A stretch of 64,000 nucleotides of DNA from a virus (IMGVR_UViG_3300028888_000051:1-64000); one strand, 5' to 3'. Counted from the stretch's first letter, positions 9,747 through 20,135 are shown. The notes: generated by a model from the letters alone, not told the origin. Made by a program: numbers and translations.

Positions 9747-11504
9747 ATGGTTAATGATAAGAAACCTATTAAAGTTACATATCCTAGTTTTAATGTAAAT
9801 GAAGAAAATCCATATCAAGATGAAATGGATAAATGGGTTGATATTACGTTAGCAGAAGCTGGTACTACAAGAACACGTAAAAATATTATAGAATGTTTAA
9901 CAAAATCTCTTAAATCAAAATATGGTATTGTTAACAAAGATGAATTGAAAGAAAAAGTTAACAAATTCATGGATTTACATGGTTTGGGTGAAGAAAATTT
10001 TGATCCGTTAGCTGTTATTTCAAAACTTACATTTGGTAACTTACAAACAGTTAATGATATTTCTATTGATGCTAATGCCAATAAAAGTTCAACAAACACA
10101 GAAGGTATTTGTGCAGAAGCTATGTTACCATTTAAAAAATTAGTAGGATATGATTATTTATATCAAACATTAAAAGAATTGTATGGCAAAAATGAAGCTA
10201 AAAAATGTTGTGCTTCTATGTATGATATGTCTTTGTTTTTGCATGATGCAACAAATATCTTAAAGCCTTATTGTTATTGTATCGATGCTTCTAAGTTAGT
10301 TACAGAAGGACGTAATTTTGGGCAAGTACATTCTGGTCCAGCACACCGTATTTCTACATATATTACTACTCTCGGTGATACAATAAGGGAAATTAGTTTT
10401 AATATTGCTGGTGCGTGTGCTATTGGTACATTTTTTGAAGATATAGCTAATTTAGCTATTTATCGTGAGCGTATCACACTTGATGATCTAAAGAATGATA
10501 GAAAAGTAAGAAAAGCTATTAGTAATTATATGCAACAGTTTATTTATACAGTTAATCATTATTCTAGATCTGCAGTAGAAAGTCCATTTACTAATGTATC
10601 ATTATTTGATAGAGAAAAGTTACGTGGTTTATTATCTGATGATAATTATGGTTGGTATTTTCCTAAGAAGGCAGCTGTAGTAGAAGACAATGGATTAGAA
10701 AATACAAAAGAAGCCTTTAAAGAATTTGTATTAGATTACATAGAAGAATTACAAGAAATATATTTAGATGTATTTGATGCTGGTGATCCTTTAAGAAATG
10801 GTTTGCAATTTCCATTTCCCGTAACTACTATTAATTTTAGTACAGAAAAAGATGAAAATGGAAAAAATACATTAACACTAAAAGGTTCTGACAATAAATT
10901 ATTAGAATATATTTCACACAAAGATATATCAAAATATAACATTTATTGCTCAAGTGGTACAAAAGTAGCTTCTTGTTGTAGATTACTTTCTGATTCAGAA
11001 ATGCTCGGTCTCGGTTCTGGGGTTAATTCATTTGGTGGTTCTCAAGTATCTTTAGGCTCACATCGTGTTGTCACAATAGATTTTTCAAGATGTGCATATG
11101 AAGCAGAATCTTATGACGACTTTAAGCATATTATTACAGATCGTGTTGAAGAAATGACAAAAATTTTAAAAGCACATCGTGTGTTAATTCATAAATTAGA
11201 AAAATGTAAAACTCAACCGTGGATTTCAAATGGTTTTATAAATATGTCACATATGTTTTCTACCTACGGTTGTGCTGGATACGTTGAAGCTGATGAAATT
11301 CTCAAATTTAAGTTTAATCACAGCGATTTTGACTACATGAAAGATTTTTTAGTATATTTTAATCAAGAATGTGCTAGAATCGGTGAAAGAGAAAAAATGA
11401 TTTGGAATTTAGAAGCTGTCCCATTCGAAGGAGGTTCACCAAAAGCAGCTAAAGCAAATAAAATATTATTTGCTGATGAAAATGGTGATTATGTAATAGA
11501 TTAA
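9747..11504 (+). CDS. nrdD: Class III ribonucleotide reductase, N-terminal part, no ATP cone evident
   Basis: HDA...PYC, SPFTN, FPFPVTT, SCCRL, GSHRVVTI, EAVPFE; lacks the glycyl-radical C-terminus. Confidence 0.9.
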   Translation: MVNDKKPIKVTYPSFNVNEENPYQDEMDKWVDITLAEAGTTRTRKNIIECLTKSLKSKYGIVNKDELKEKVNKFMDLHGLGEENFDPLAVISKLTFGNLQTVNDISIDANANKSSTNTEGICAEAMLPFKKLVGYDYLYQTLKELYGKNEAKKCCASMYDMSLFLHDATNILKPYCYCIDASKLVTEGRNFGQVHSGPAHRISTYITTLGDTIREISFNIAGACAIGTFFEDIANLAIYRERITLDDLKNDRKVRKAISNYMQQFIYTVNHYSRSAVESPFTNVSLFDREKLRGLLSDDNYGWYFPKKAAVVEDNGLENTKEAFKEFVLDYIEELQEIYLDVFDAGDPLRNGLQFPFPVTTINFSTEKDENGKNTLTLKGSDNKLLEYISHKDISKYNIYCSSGTKVASCCRLLSDSEMLGLGSGVNSFGGSQVSLGSHRVVTIDFSRCAYEAESYDDFKHIITDRVEEMTKILKAHRVLIHKLEKCKTQPWISNGFINMSHMFSTYGCAGYVEADEILKFKFNHSDFDYMKDFLVYFNQECARIGEREKMIWNLEAVPFEGGSPKAAKANKILFADENGDYVID

Positions 11505-11531
11505 TTAATTTTTTTTAAGGATAATATAAAA

Positions 11532-11966
11532 ATGCGTAAATTTAAAATGCCAAACTTACTTGCTAATCAATGGTGTTCACTTTGGAAAGATTATACTCTT
11601 GCTGAAAAAATGAAAAGAGATGGTGAAATAAATGCCTTGATGACTGGTGGTTCAATTATACATAACAATATTGATGGAAATATAACTGCAACACAAGCAA
11701 AGAATCTTATTCAAAAAGCTGTTGAAAATAATGCTGAACATTTTGCTTTAAATGCATGTTATATTGAATGTCAAGAATGTGGTCATGTTCATAAAGGAAA
11801 ATTAGATAAATGTCCAGAATGTGGATCTGAAAAATTAAACTATTATTCAAGAATCATTGGTTATTTTTCTAAAATAAATAATTGGTCAAAAGATAGACGT
11901 GAATACGATTGGCCAAATCGTAAATTTACTAGTCAAGATTCTATAAATGAACAATTGAAAAATTAA
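11532..11966 (+). CDS. nrdD: Class III ribonucleotide reductase, C-terminal part (Zn ribbon and glycyl radical loop)
   Basis: TGGSI.H, CQECG...CPECG, SRIIGYF; own AAGGA RBS. Confidence 0.9.
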   Translation: MRKFKMPNLLANQWCSLWKDYTLAEKMKRDGEINALMTGGSIIHNNIDGNITATQAKNLIQKAVENNAEHFALNACYIECQECGHVHKGKLDKCPECGSEKLNYYSRIIGYFSKINNWSKDRREYDWPNRKFTSQDSINEQLKN

Positions 11967-11984
11967 AAATTATTTAAAAAACTG

Positions 11985-12030
11985 AATCCTCCGATAGTTC
12001 TATATATACAGGATAGATTATCGGAGGATT
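11985..12030 (+). promoter_or_regulatory. RBS-sequestering hairpin with a putative late promoter in its loop
   Basis: 12-bp inverted repeat aatcctccgata/tatcggaggatt; right arm contains GGAGG before ATG 12035; GTTCTATA at 11997 in the loop. Confidence 0.75.
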
Positions 12031-12034
12031 TTTT

Positions 12035-13024
12035 ATGTCTAGTAAAATTTATAAAATAACGAATTTAATAAATGGTAAAATATACATCGGATATACTAAA
12101 AAATCATTAGAAGAAAGATTAAAGCAGCATTCTAAATATAAGACAGATGCTCATCGTAATATGCCTATTGTTATTGCTATTAAAAAATACGGTATTGAAA
12201 ATTTTAAGATAGAATTAATAGAAGAATCTCAAGATGATGATTATATTCATTATGAAAGAGAAGTATTTTGGATAAAAGAATTAAAGAGTCAAAATCCAAA
12301 GATAGGTTATAATATAGCAAATGGTGGAGATGGTGGAGATACTTTATCTCATCATCCGGATTTAGATAATATTAAAAACATTATGAAAAAAGCTTCAAAA
12401 CATAGAAAAGGATGGCATCACTCAGAAGAGGTTAAAAAACAATTGAGTAAACGTTTTAAAGGAGTAATAAGATATATTCCAAATGAACAACAAAAGTTAA
12501 AAATGAGTGAAAGAATGAGAGGTGAAAATAATCCAAATTTTGGAAAAAAAATGAGTGAAGAAAGAAAAGAGTTTATGCATGAAGTAAATAGTAATAATTA
12601 TTATTGGAATAATGGTATTAAAAATAGACGAGCTAAAGAATGTCCTGGAGAAGGTTGGATAAGAGGTATGCTTGTTACAGAAGAATCTAAAAAATTAAGA
12701 TCGAAAGTACATAAAGGTCAACCATCCGCATTTAAAGGTAAAAAACACACAGAAGAAGCAAAGGAGAAACTAAGTAAATCTCATAAAGGATTATTTAATG
12801 GTGAAAAAAATCCAGCTGCTAAAACTGTAGAAGTTATATCACCAAGCGGAGAAAGATTTATTATAAAAGGAACAATGAAAAAATTTTGTGAAGAACATAA
12901 TATTTCCTTTATAATATATAGAAGATATAAAAATAAAGGACCTTATAAAGTAAGTAAATATATAGCTAAAGATAATCAATTGGCTAAAAATACAGATGGC
13001 TGGACCTTTAATTCTTTAGATTGA
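12035..13024 (+). CDS. Free-standing GIY-YIG homing endonuclease with NUMOD3 repeats
   Basis: KIYKITN..NGKIYIG, R..QH, E..WI, GYN...GG; HSEEVKKQLS and HTEEAKEKLS repeats. Confidence 0.92.
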   Translation: MSSKIYKITNLINGKIYIGYTKKSLEERLKQHSKYKTDAHRNMPIVIAIKKYGIENFKIELIEESQDDDYIHYEREVFWIKELKSQNPKIGYNIANGGDGGDTLSHHPDLDNIKNIMKKASKHRKGWHHSEEVKKQLSKRFKGVIRYIPNEQQKLKMSERMRGENNPNFGKKMSEERKEFMHEVNSNNYYWNNGIKNRRAKECPGEGWIRGMLVTEESKKLRSKVHKGQPSAFKGKKHTEEAKEKLSKSHKGLFNGEKNPAAKTVEVISPSGERFIIKGTMKKFCEEHNISFIIYRRYKNKGPYKVSKYIAKDNQLAKNTDGWTFNSLD

Positions 13025-13061
13025 TAAAAATTAAAAATTTTAATTACCTTTATATATAATC

Positions 13062-13100
13062 TATGTGTTCTATATAGTATAATGTAGAACACATATTTTT
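13062..13100 (+). terminator. Intrinsic terminator
   Basis: tatgtgttcta/tagaacacata stem followed by a T run. Confidence 0.65.
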
Positions 13101-13168
13101 TATCATTTTGAATTAATGGCTTTACTTTTTATATAGTATATTATATTTATTATTTATATATAATAGTA

Positions 13169-13537
13169 TTGAAAGGAACAAAAATGCAAAATAATAATTA
13201 TTTATCTAAGTATTTAGATAATTTATCAACATATTCTAAGATATGGAAAACAATATTAAATCTTCAGGTACCTGTTTATGTTAATAAATATATAGAAGGT
13301 GATAAACAAAAATTACTTGTTAGTTTTGATTTACCTGAATTAAAAAACGAGCATAAATATTTTAAACTTGAAATTTTGAGTCGTATGGCAACATTAAATA
13401 TTTTTGCTGAAAATGTACAAATCGGTAAAAAAAGATTAGTTATTTCAATAAATAAAGAAAATGCTAATAAATTTGATACATTAATTGATAATGCAATACA
13501 TTTTAAAAAACCAGATGGCAAAATTAGAGAAGATTAA
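13169..13537 (+). CDS. Hypothetical protein
   Basis: ORF downstream of a GGCTTTACT promoter; start probably at the internal MQNN. Confidence 0.6.
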   Translation: MKGTKMQNNNYLSKYLDNLSTYSKIWKTILNLQVPVYVNKYIEGDKQKLLVSFDLPELKNEHKYFKLEILSRMATLNIFAENVQIGKKRLVISINKENANKFDTLIDNAIHFKKPDGKIRED

Positions 13538-13591
13538 TTTTTTGTGGTTTTACATTTTGGATAATTTATTTTATTTTTTATTAAAATTTTT

Positions 13592-13801
13592 ATGGAAGAG
13601 AAATTAATGTGCGCTTTAAAAACACCTCAACGCTTCAAAAAAGATAATTTCGATCTTAATAGTTATATTGAAAGAGCAGCAATACTTGATATAAAATATG
13701 GTTATTATGATAGAAATGATTATTTGGCTCAACAACCAGCATATATTGCTAAAAGAAAAGAATTACTTGAACATTTAAAAGATAGAAAGGAAAATAAATA
13801 A
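13592..13801 (+). CDS. Hypothetical protein
   Basis: First ORF of a tightly coupled operon. Confidence 0.5.
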   Translation: MEEKLMCALKTPQRFKKDNFDLNSYIERAAILDIKYGYYDRNDYLAQQPAYIAKRKELLEHLKDRKENK

Positions 13802-14031
13802 TGTGGTCTATAATGTTTTTAATTTTATTTTTTGCTTCTGATAAAAGACTTATTTTGGCAACATTTTTAATTGCATCAATTGTTCAAGGAATGGAATCAT
13901 ATTTTGATTATAAAACAAAGCAAGGATACCAAACTATCTTAATTCAAAATCAAGATAAAGTTAAAGAATTATTTGAAAAAATAATTTATCCAATGGATAC
14001 AAATATTGAATATCAAGAGGATAAAAACTAA
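13801..14031 (+). CDS. Small membrane protein
   Basis: Hydrophobic N-terminus; abuts neighbours. Confidence 0.55.
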   Translation: MWSIMFLILFFASDKRLILATFLIASIVQGMESYFDYKTKQGYQTILIQNQDKVKELFEKIIYPMDTNIEYQEDKN

Positions 14032-14268
14032 ATGGATAGAGAAAATATCTATAAATATTTTATACTTCAAGCTGATTTATGGCAAGTGGCAATAAATTGG
14101 TTAAGAAAAAAAGTAGAAAATACAGAATATCAAAATATTCCATATAAAATAAATCATATTCATTTAATAGACGGTGGATGTATTGATTTTAATGTAACAT
14201 TTCTTTTAGATGATACTGAAATTAATATGAGTTATAGGATTAATGTAAAAGATTTAGAAAATATATAA
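14032..14268 (+). CDS. Hypothetical protein
   Basis: GAGG RBS, coupled ORF. Confidence 0.55.
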   Translation: MDRENIYKYFILQADLWQVAINWLRKKVENTEYQNIPYKINHIHLIDGGCIDFNVTFLLDDTEINMSYRINVKDLENI

Positions 14269-14295
14269 ATTTGTTAAATATAAAGGAATTAATAA

Positions 14296-14586
14296 ATGTC
14301 ATATGATGTTAATATAGGTACTTATCTTATAAATCATACATATAATGGTTGTGAATGTTGTAAAGATATAATTGGTATAACTCCACGTGATTTTACTGGT
14401 AAAAAAGGATCAGATGTACTTTTATTAGCAACAAAAGTTTACAATGAATTAAAAAATAATCCAAAGCGTTATGAACATTATATGCCAGATAATGAATGGG
14501 GTACTATAAAAACATGGATTAAATTTATGAAAGAAATAATAGAAGCATGTAAAAAATATCCAAATGAAATAGTAGAGGTAAATTAA
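14296..14586 (+). CDS. Phage hypothetical protein
   Basis: MSYDV...NHTYN...P.N.WG pattern recalled from phage hypotheticals; RBS. Confidence 0.6.
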   Translation: MSYDVNIGTYLINHTYNGCECCKDIIGITPRDFTGKKGSDVLLLATKVYNELKNNPKRYEHYMPDNEWGTIKTWIKFMKEIIEACKKYPNEIVEVN

Positions 14587-15189
14587 ATGTCAATATTTTT
14601 TACTTCAGATTTACATTTTGGACACAAAAATATTTTAAATTTTGCCAAACCTCGTCCTTTTTCTACAATTCAAGAGCATGATAAAGCTATAATAGATAAT
14701 TGGAATAGTGTTGTAAAAGATAATGATATAGTGTATATTCTCGGTGATTTAGCACTTGGTTTAAACATGGAGCAACTCGAAATAAATTTAAAAGCACTTA
14801 AAGGTCATAAACACCTTATAATAGGTAATCATGATAAACCTAAACAATATGCTTATTTTTTAAATAATAATTTATTAGAATCCATGAAAGAATATATGTC
14901 AATTAAGCTTATAGATAAAGTTGGCCGTGAATATGAATGTATATTATTTCATTATCCTATATTAGAACCAAATCATGTATTTTGCAAACCACAGGTTGGA
15001 AAAATTGGTCCAACTTGTCATTTTTATGGTCATATTCATAATATGAATGATTATGATGAAATATATAAAAATTTAGGTTTTAGAGCTGCACATATTGGTC
15101 TTGATGTATCTGATAAATATCCAAATACTAAAGCTTTTACACCTATAAATTTTGAAGACTTATTAACATGGTTTGATGAAAATTTTTAG
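14587..15189 (+). CDS. Calcineurin-like metallophosphoesterase
   Basis: SDLHFGH, LGD, GNHD, HYP, GHIH. Confidence 0.9.
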   Translation: MSIFFTSDLHFGHKNILNFAKPRPFSTIQEHDKAIIDNWNSVVKDNDIVYILGDLALGLNMEQLEINLKALKGHKHLIIGNHDKPKQYAYFLNNNLLESMKEYMSIKLIDKVGREYECILFHYPILEPNHVFCKPQVGKIGPTCHFYGHIHNMNDYDEIYKNLGFRAAHIGLDVSDKYPNTKAFTPINFEDLLTWFDENF

Positions 15190-15277
15190 CTATATATAAT
15201 TATAGCTTTACATTTTAAAAATAATAAATATAATTAATATAATTGATATTTAGATTATAGATTAAAGGGAAATTGAT

Positions 15278-15511
15278 ATGTCTAAACCACGCTCACCAGA
15301 AAGTATTTTAACAAAATTAGAAAATATGAAAATTGGAGATGAAATATTTGTTAAAAAGACAAACGGATATTGTAGTGATACAATAAATACAACTGTAAAA
15401 AAATTTCCTGGTAGAAAATATACACAATTATCAGTTTATACACATGAAGGTAGTGAATTTACATCTTTAAAAGATTTTATAAAAATTATATGTATAACAC
15501 GTATTGCTTAA
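15278..15511 (+). CDS. Hypothetical protein
   Basis: Own promoter (TTTACA-16-TATAAT at 15207-15234) and RBS. Confidence 0.6.
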   Translation: MSKPRSPESILTKLENMKIGDEIFVKKTNGYCSDTINTTVKKFPGRKYTQLSVYTHEGSEFTSLKDFIKIICITRIA

Positions 15512-15613
15512 ATTCAAATTTAGCTTAATTTGAAGATAATTATCTATTAAGTTCTATATACAAACAGCTTTTGATGCTAATTTTTAGATTTACATTTAAT
15601 CAGGATAAAAATT

Positions 15614-16690
15614 ATGCAATATAAATTGATGATAGGTATAGCTTTTATAATGGCTATATTATCTGCAATAATGACTTCATTTGGTATGATGGATTTATTC
15701 GCTGCAGCTGGTACCTTCATACTTTGTTTATTTATTATAATTGATTTAGGTCGTTTTCTTTTATTTAATTTTACAGTGAATGAATGGCATAACTTAAGAA
15801 GTGTAAAATATTTTATAGTTATTATTATTACACTTCTTTTTGGATATTCAGCTGTTGGTGTTTATTCAAAATTAGATTCATTAGTTACAAATGAAACTAA
15901 ACAAGCAATGGTTAACGCTGTTATTTATAATAAAGCTAATGCTAATGCAGAAGTTAAACAAAACCGTTCAGAAGATTTAGCTAGAATTGCGGAAGAAGAA
16001 TATAGAAATGCTTTAGATTGGAATAAAAACGATCTTCAAAATTGTATAGCTAGAGCTAGAGGCAATAAAAATGCTGAAAATAAGTGTAATAATACTAAAA
16101 GAGCTTTAGATAATAAAGCTTCTGCTGCATTAAAAGAAGCATTAACTAAAGCAGATGAATCATTAGATATAGTCGAAGCAAAAACTAAGATAAATACAGA
16201 AAATAGAAACGAAATAGCTAATGTATTGATGACTATTTGTAAATTAACACAAAAATCATGTGATAGTTATGAAAATTTACAAAATTCACTTACAATTGTA
16301 ATTATATTAGTTATTATAGGTACCGATTATCTTCAAATTGCAATCATATTAGCTGTTAATACACGAAAAAATAAGAAAAAGATCATTGAAAATACACAAA
16401 ATTCTAAAGAAAACAAATTAAATAATGAAAAGAAAGAACCAAAATTTGAAAGACAACATCACGCAGAATATATACAAAAACCTAACGAAAAACAAGAAAT
16501 AGAAGTATCTGAAAAGGAAATAGCTAGTTTAATTGATAAAGATGAAAATTTTAGTAAAAAAGAATTAGCTGATGGTATTTTAACAGGAAAAGAAACAATA
16601 GGATTATTAAAAAAAGTTTCTAAAAAATTAAAAAATAAAAAATCTATTTTTTCTCGTCCATTTAGATTTTCTGGTCCAAGACCACAATAA
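15614..16690 (+). CDS. Multi-pass membrane protein with a coiled-coil loop
   Basis: Three N-terminal hydrophobic helices, Ala/Asn/Lys-rich helical region with Cys pairs, fourth TM helix, basic tail. Confidence 0.7.
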   Translation: MQYKLMIGIAFIMAILSAIMTSFGMMDLFAAAGTFILCLFIIIDLGRFLLFNFTVNEWHNLRSVKYFIVIIITLLFGYSAVGVYSKLDSLVTNETKQAMVNAVIYNKANANAEVKQNRSEDLARIAEEEYRNALDWNKNDLQNCIARARGNKNAENKCNNTKRALDNKASAALKEALTKADESLDIVEAKTKINTENRNEIANVLMTICKLTQKSCDSYENLQNSLTIVIILVIIGTDYLQIAIILAVNTRKNKKKIIENTQNSKENKLNNEKKEPKFERQHHAEYIQKPNEKQEIEVSEKEIASLIDKDENFSKKELADGILTGKETIGLLKKVSKKLKNKKSIFSRPFRFSGPRPQ

Positions 16691-16757
16691 AAGCTCATTT
16701 TTTGACCATAGAGCACATTAATTTAATTTTTTTATAGATTATTAATTTTTTTTTAAT

Positions 16758-18137
16758 CTATTGTTCTATGGTCATTTTATGAGCATTTTGTATAAAATTT
16801 ACAACACGTTTACTAATTATTGAATCACGTGAATATAAATTAGTTACTATATGCATATCATCTTTATTTCTTGTTCTACTCAAAGCTACATATAATTGTC
16901 CATGAGCAAAAGCTCCTTTACCCATATCAATTATTACTTTATCTAATGTTTTTCCTTGAGACTTATGAATAGTTATGGCATAACCAAGCTGTAAAGGAAA
17001 TTGTTTAAATTCTCCTGTTTCTTTTTCAACAATTTGCTTTTTACCTTTTTCATCAATTTCAATTTCATATTCTCTGTTTTTCCAAGTTTCTTTAGTTACA
17101 ACCACAATATTGCCATTATTAAGCATTTTTACAAAAATAGAATCTTTTTTTAATGCAACAATTATTCCTGTTGAACCATTAATCCATTCTGGAGGATTAT
17201 TTTTATTAAACATTACTAAAGCGCCCTCTTTTAATATTAATTCTTTATCTGCCGGAAAAGTAGAGCTATTAGTAAAAGATCCAGATATTTCAGCTTTATA
17301 TTTTTTTGAAGTACCTTTTAACGTTTTTAATTTTGTTTGATTAATTTCTTCTGCTTTATTACGATAAGGAGTAATAGTTACTGCTGTATCTAAAATATCT
17401 TTATCTACAATTTTACAACTATTAAAATATTTTATTACATTTTGAATATCAGAATTTAAGCGTAATTTAGTAAGATTATCTAATAAGTCATCATTTAATT
17501 GGCGATAAACATAACTAAATTCTATGAATTTAAAATTTCCTTCATGATAAGCATATGAATCAAAAAAATATGGATCATCTGTACCATATTCATCTTTGAA
17601 TATCTTTAAAGCTCCGGCTTTTATAACCGGTGGTAATTGATAAATATCACCTATTAGAAGTACTTGAAGTCCACCAAAAGCTTTAGCATTATTTCTAATA
17701 ACTTTTGTTAATTTGTTTATAGCATCTAACATATCAGGTCTAACCATAGATACTTCATCTATAATTAAAACTTCAGCACGTCTAATTACATCTAATATTT
17801 TTTTACGATTTGTTTTGAATAGTGTATTTTCTGCTAAAAAATCACTTATTGGTAATTTAAAAAGTGAATGAATAGTTTGTCCACCAATATTCATCGCAGC
17901 GACTGCAGTAGGTGAACAAATAATCATACTTTTGGTAAGATTACTTTTAAGATACATAATAAATGAAGATTTACCTGTACCAGCTTGACCTTGTATAAAT
18001 AAATTATCATTTGTATTTTGAATTATATCAAAAGCTTGTTGTTGTTCTTTTGATAAAATTTGATCAGATATATTTATTTGTTTATCTATAATTTGTATTT
18101 CATCTTGTTTTTGGGTCTTTTGAATCTTTTTTCCCAT
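16758..18137 (-). CDS. PIF1-family SF1B DNA helicase
   Basis: GQAGTGKS, PTAVAA, TIHSLF, DEVSM, GDIYQLPPV, YRQ, AITIHKSQG.T, YVALSR. Confidence 0.93.
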   Translation of the reverse strand: MGKKIQKTQKQDEIQIIDKQINISDQILSKEQQQAFDIIQNTNDNLFIQGQAGTGKSSFIMYLKSNLTKSMIICSPTAVAAMNIGGQTIHSLFKLPISDFLAENTLFKTNRKKILDVIRRAEVLIIDEVSMVRPDMLDAINKLTKVIRNNAKAFGGLQVLLIGDIYQLPPVIKAGALKIFKDEYGTDDPYFFDSYAYHEGNFKFIEFSYVYRQLNDDLLDNLTKLRLNSDIQNVIKYFNSCKIVDKDILDTAVTITPYRNKAEEINQTKLKTLKGTSKKYKAEISGSFTNSSTFPADKELILKEGALVMFNKNNPPEWINGSTGIIVALKKDSIFVKMLNNGNIVVVTKETWKNREYEIEIDEKGKKQIVEKETGEFKQFPLQLGYAITIHKSQGKTLDKVIIDMGKGAFAHGQLYVALSRTRNKDDMHIVTNLYSRDSIISKRVVNFIQNAHKMTIEQ

Positions 18138-18400
18138 AACAAATTTCCCCTTTCAATATCTTCTTCTAAATCAGGTAAACAACTTAATATACATGCAGAT
18201 TCATCTCTATTGCATAAAATTTCTGCATGTATATCTTCTAATGAATTTCCACCAAGAGTACCCATTTTAATATTATTCTTTTTTGCCCAATTCAGAAACC
18301 AATCAGATGCATCTATATAACCTTGTAAATAACCAGCCACTACTCTAGGTTCATCACTATGACGACATGTAAAGCATTGACAACCTCTTCTTTTTACCAT
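18086..18400 (-). CDS. Hypothetical protein
   Basis: AAGGA RBS; CxCxxC at N-terminus. Confidence 0.5.
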   Translation of the reverse strand: MVKRRGCQCFTCRHSDEPRVVAGYLQGYIDASDWFLNWAKKNNIKMGTLGGNSLEDIHAEILCNRDESACILSCLPDLEEDIERGNLLWEKRFKRPKNKMKYKL

Positions 18401-18413
18401 AAAACTATCCTTT

Positions 18414-18686
18414 TTATAAATAAAAACTATGAATTATTTCTTTATATTGCTCAAATGTACGATTTTTAGCTATTGTTCCAATAATATTATTTAATCTTAT
18501 ATTACCAGACTTATAAAATTTAAATTTATCAATAATCAAAAATTCACCAAATATATCATGATCAATTAAACCTTCAATTTTATTATTATGACAATATTTG
18601 ATAAAATCATCCCAAGTCATTCTAGGCTCAAAATACAGATTGTTTTCATAATCTGGAGCATTACTACCAGGTAATTCTTTTGTCAT
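18414..18686 (-). CDS. Hypothetical protein
   Basis: Start moved to MTKELPG to remove overlap with the AAA gene. Confidence 0.5.
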   Translation of the reverse strand: MTKELPGSNAPDYENNLYFEPRMTWDDFIKYCHNNKIEGLIDHDIFGEFLIIDKFKFYKSGNIRLNNIIGTIAKNRTFEQYKEIIHSFYL

Positions 18687-18702
18687 TTTACTTTTTTTAG
18701 CT

Positions 18703-19614
18703 TTAGAAACTAATTGTTTTACTGCTTTTGTCAAGATTTTTCTCCTTTTGCTCAAATAGTAAATATTCGAAAACATTTTCTGATGTATAATTACCATCTT
18801 CAAGAATGTCAAGTTTATGTTTAGCTATTTTAAAATCACCTGCTGTAATATATTTCAATTGAGTATATTGTTCATCGGTAAATTTTATACCTTTACTAAA
18901 ATATGTTTTTAATCCAGCTTTAATATTATCTTTTGTCATATAATCAAATTTCCATTTAAAAACAAAACGTCTATTTGCTGCAGGATCAATTTTATCACGT
19001 AAATTTGTTGTCATAATAAACGGATAAGGATGATTTTCCATTTGTGTTAATAATTCATTTGTATGTGATGTTTGAAAATCTTGTTTAGCGTATTTACGAT
19101 CAAATAAAAATGAATCAGCTTCATCAAATAATAAAATTGCCTTTTTTTCTTTAGCTTCTTTAAAAGCATTAGCTATATTTTTTTCTGTATCACCAACAAA
19201 TTTGTCAATCATATCGGATGCGCGTTTTTTAATAAATGGCATACCTAATTCTTGAGCTAAATATTGTCCAAAATAACTTTTACCTGAACCAGATACACCA
19301 TAAAGTAAAATACCATAATCTGTTCGTTTAGATTTTTTTAATTTTTTAGTTAATTCTTTCATATCATAATTACAATTAACCATTTTAAAATCATACTTAA
19401 GCTTTTCTTTTTTAGAAATGTCTTCTTCCTTTACATTTTGTGGATTAGGTTTACCTGCTGATCCATTTGTAATTTCTCTTTCTAAAACTGCTCTAATTTC
19501 TGGTGGAATAAAATCTGCTAATCTAGGATCTAATAAGCCACCTTCTCCTGGATTTTTAATAGTTATGGTTGCCCATAAATTTGGATTATTTGAATTATTA
19601 TCTTCAGGTTTCAT
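18703..19614 (-). CDS. Single-domain AAA+ ATPase, paralog of the second domain of 5005-7344
   Basis: LLYGVSGSGKSY, LFDEADS, TTN, RRF. Confidence 0.9.
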   Translation of the reverse strand: MKPEDNNSNNPNLWATITIKNPGEGGLLDPRLADFIPPEIRAVLEREITNGSAGKPNPQNVKEEDISKKEKLKYDFKMVNCNYDMKELTKKLKKSKRTDYGILLYGVSGSGKSYFGQYLAQELGMPFIKKRASDMIDKFVGDTEKNIANAFKEAKEKKAILLFDEADSFLFDRKYAKQDFQTSHTNELLTQMENHPYPFIMTTNLRDKIDPAANRRFVFKWKFDYMTKDNIKAGLKTYFSKGIKFTDEQYTQLKYITAGDFKIAKHKLDILEDGNYTSENVFEYLLFEQKEKNLDKSSKTISF

Positions 19615-19625
19615 AATTTTCCTTT

Positions 19626-20081
19626 CTATTGAGATATAAAATTAATTAAATTACGATATAAACTTAATGTTTTGCGAATATTATTAGAATTATCATTTCC
19701 ATATTTACAAAGCATTTCAATTGTTTGCTCAGATATCTTATTAAAAGCTTGTGTATTTATAAATTCTAACATCATTTCAGTCATTTGTAATTCATAATGT
19801 AAATATGCATCAACCAATTCAATCATTTTCTTAGCTAATAATTCACGTTCTTCTTTTGGTGTAAAAGCAACATAAGATAAAAAATCTTTACTTGAAAATT
19901 CATTATCTAATTTAATTAGTGTTGATAATAAACTTTCAGCCTCTTCTCTTTTAGTGATTTCATTAGGTAAACTATCTATAAACCAACGAGTTGTTAATTT
20001 ATTTTCATGGTCAAATTCTAATTTTTGTTTCTTTTTTATAAACTTATTTTTCAAAAATGTTATAACATTATTTAAATTCAT
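19626..20081 (-). CDS. Hypothetical helical protein
   Basis: AGGAG RBS; upstream promoter at about 20134. Confidence 0.6.
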   Translation of the reverse strand: MNLNNVITFLKNKFIKKKQKLEFDHENKLTTRWFIDSLPNEITKREEAESLLSTLIKLDNEFSSKDFLSYVAFTPKEERELLAKKMIELVDAYLHYELQMTEMMLEFINTQAFNKISEQTIEMLCKYGNDNSNNIRKTLSLYRNLINFISQ

Positions 20082-20135
20082 GCTGACTCCTATGTAAATT
20101 TATATTTATTATATAAACTTTATTTTCATAAAAGT

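Noticed and set aside
11505-13024. Group I intron in nrdD carrying the GIY-YIG gene
   Set aside because: The nrdD gap is only 27 bp and the endonuclease lies after the complete C-terminal half; no intron core is visible
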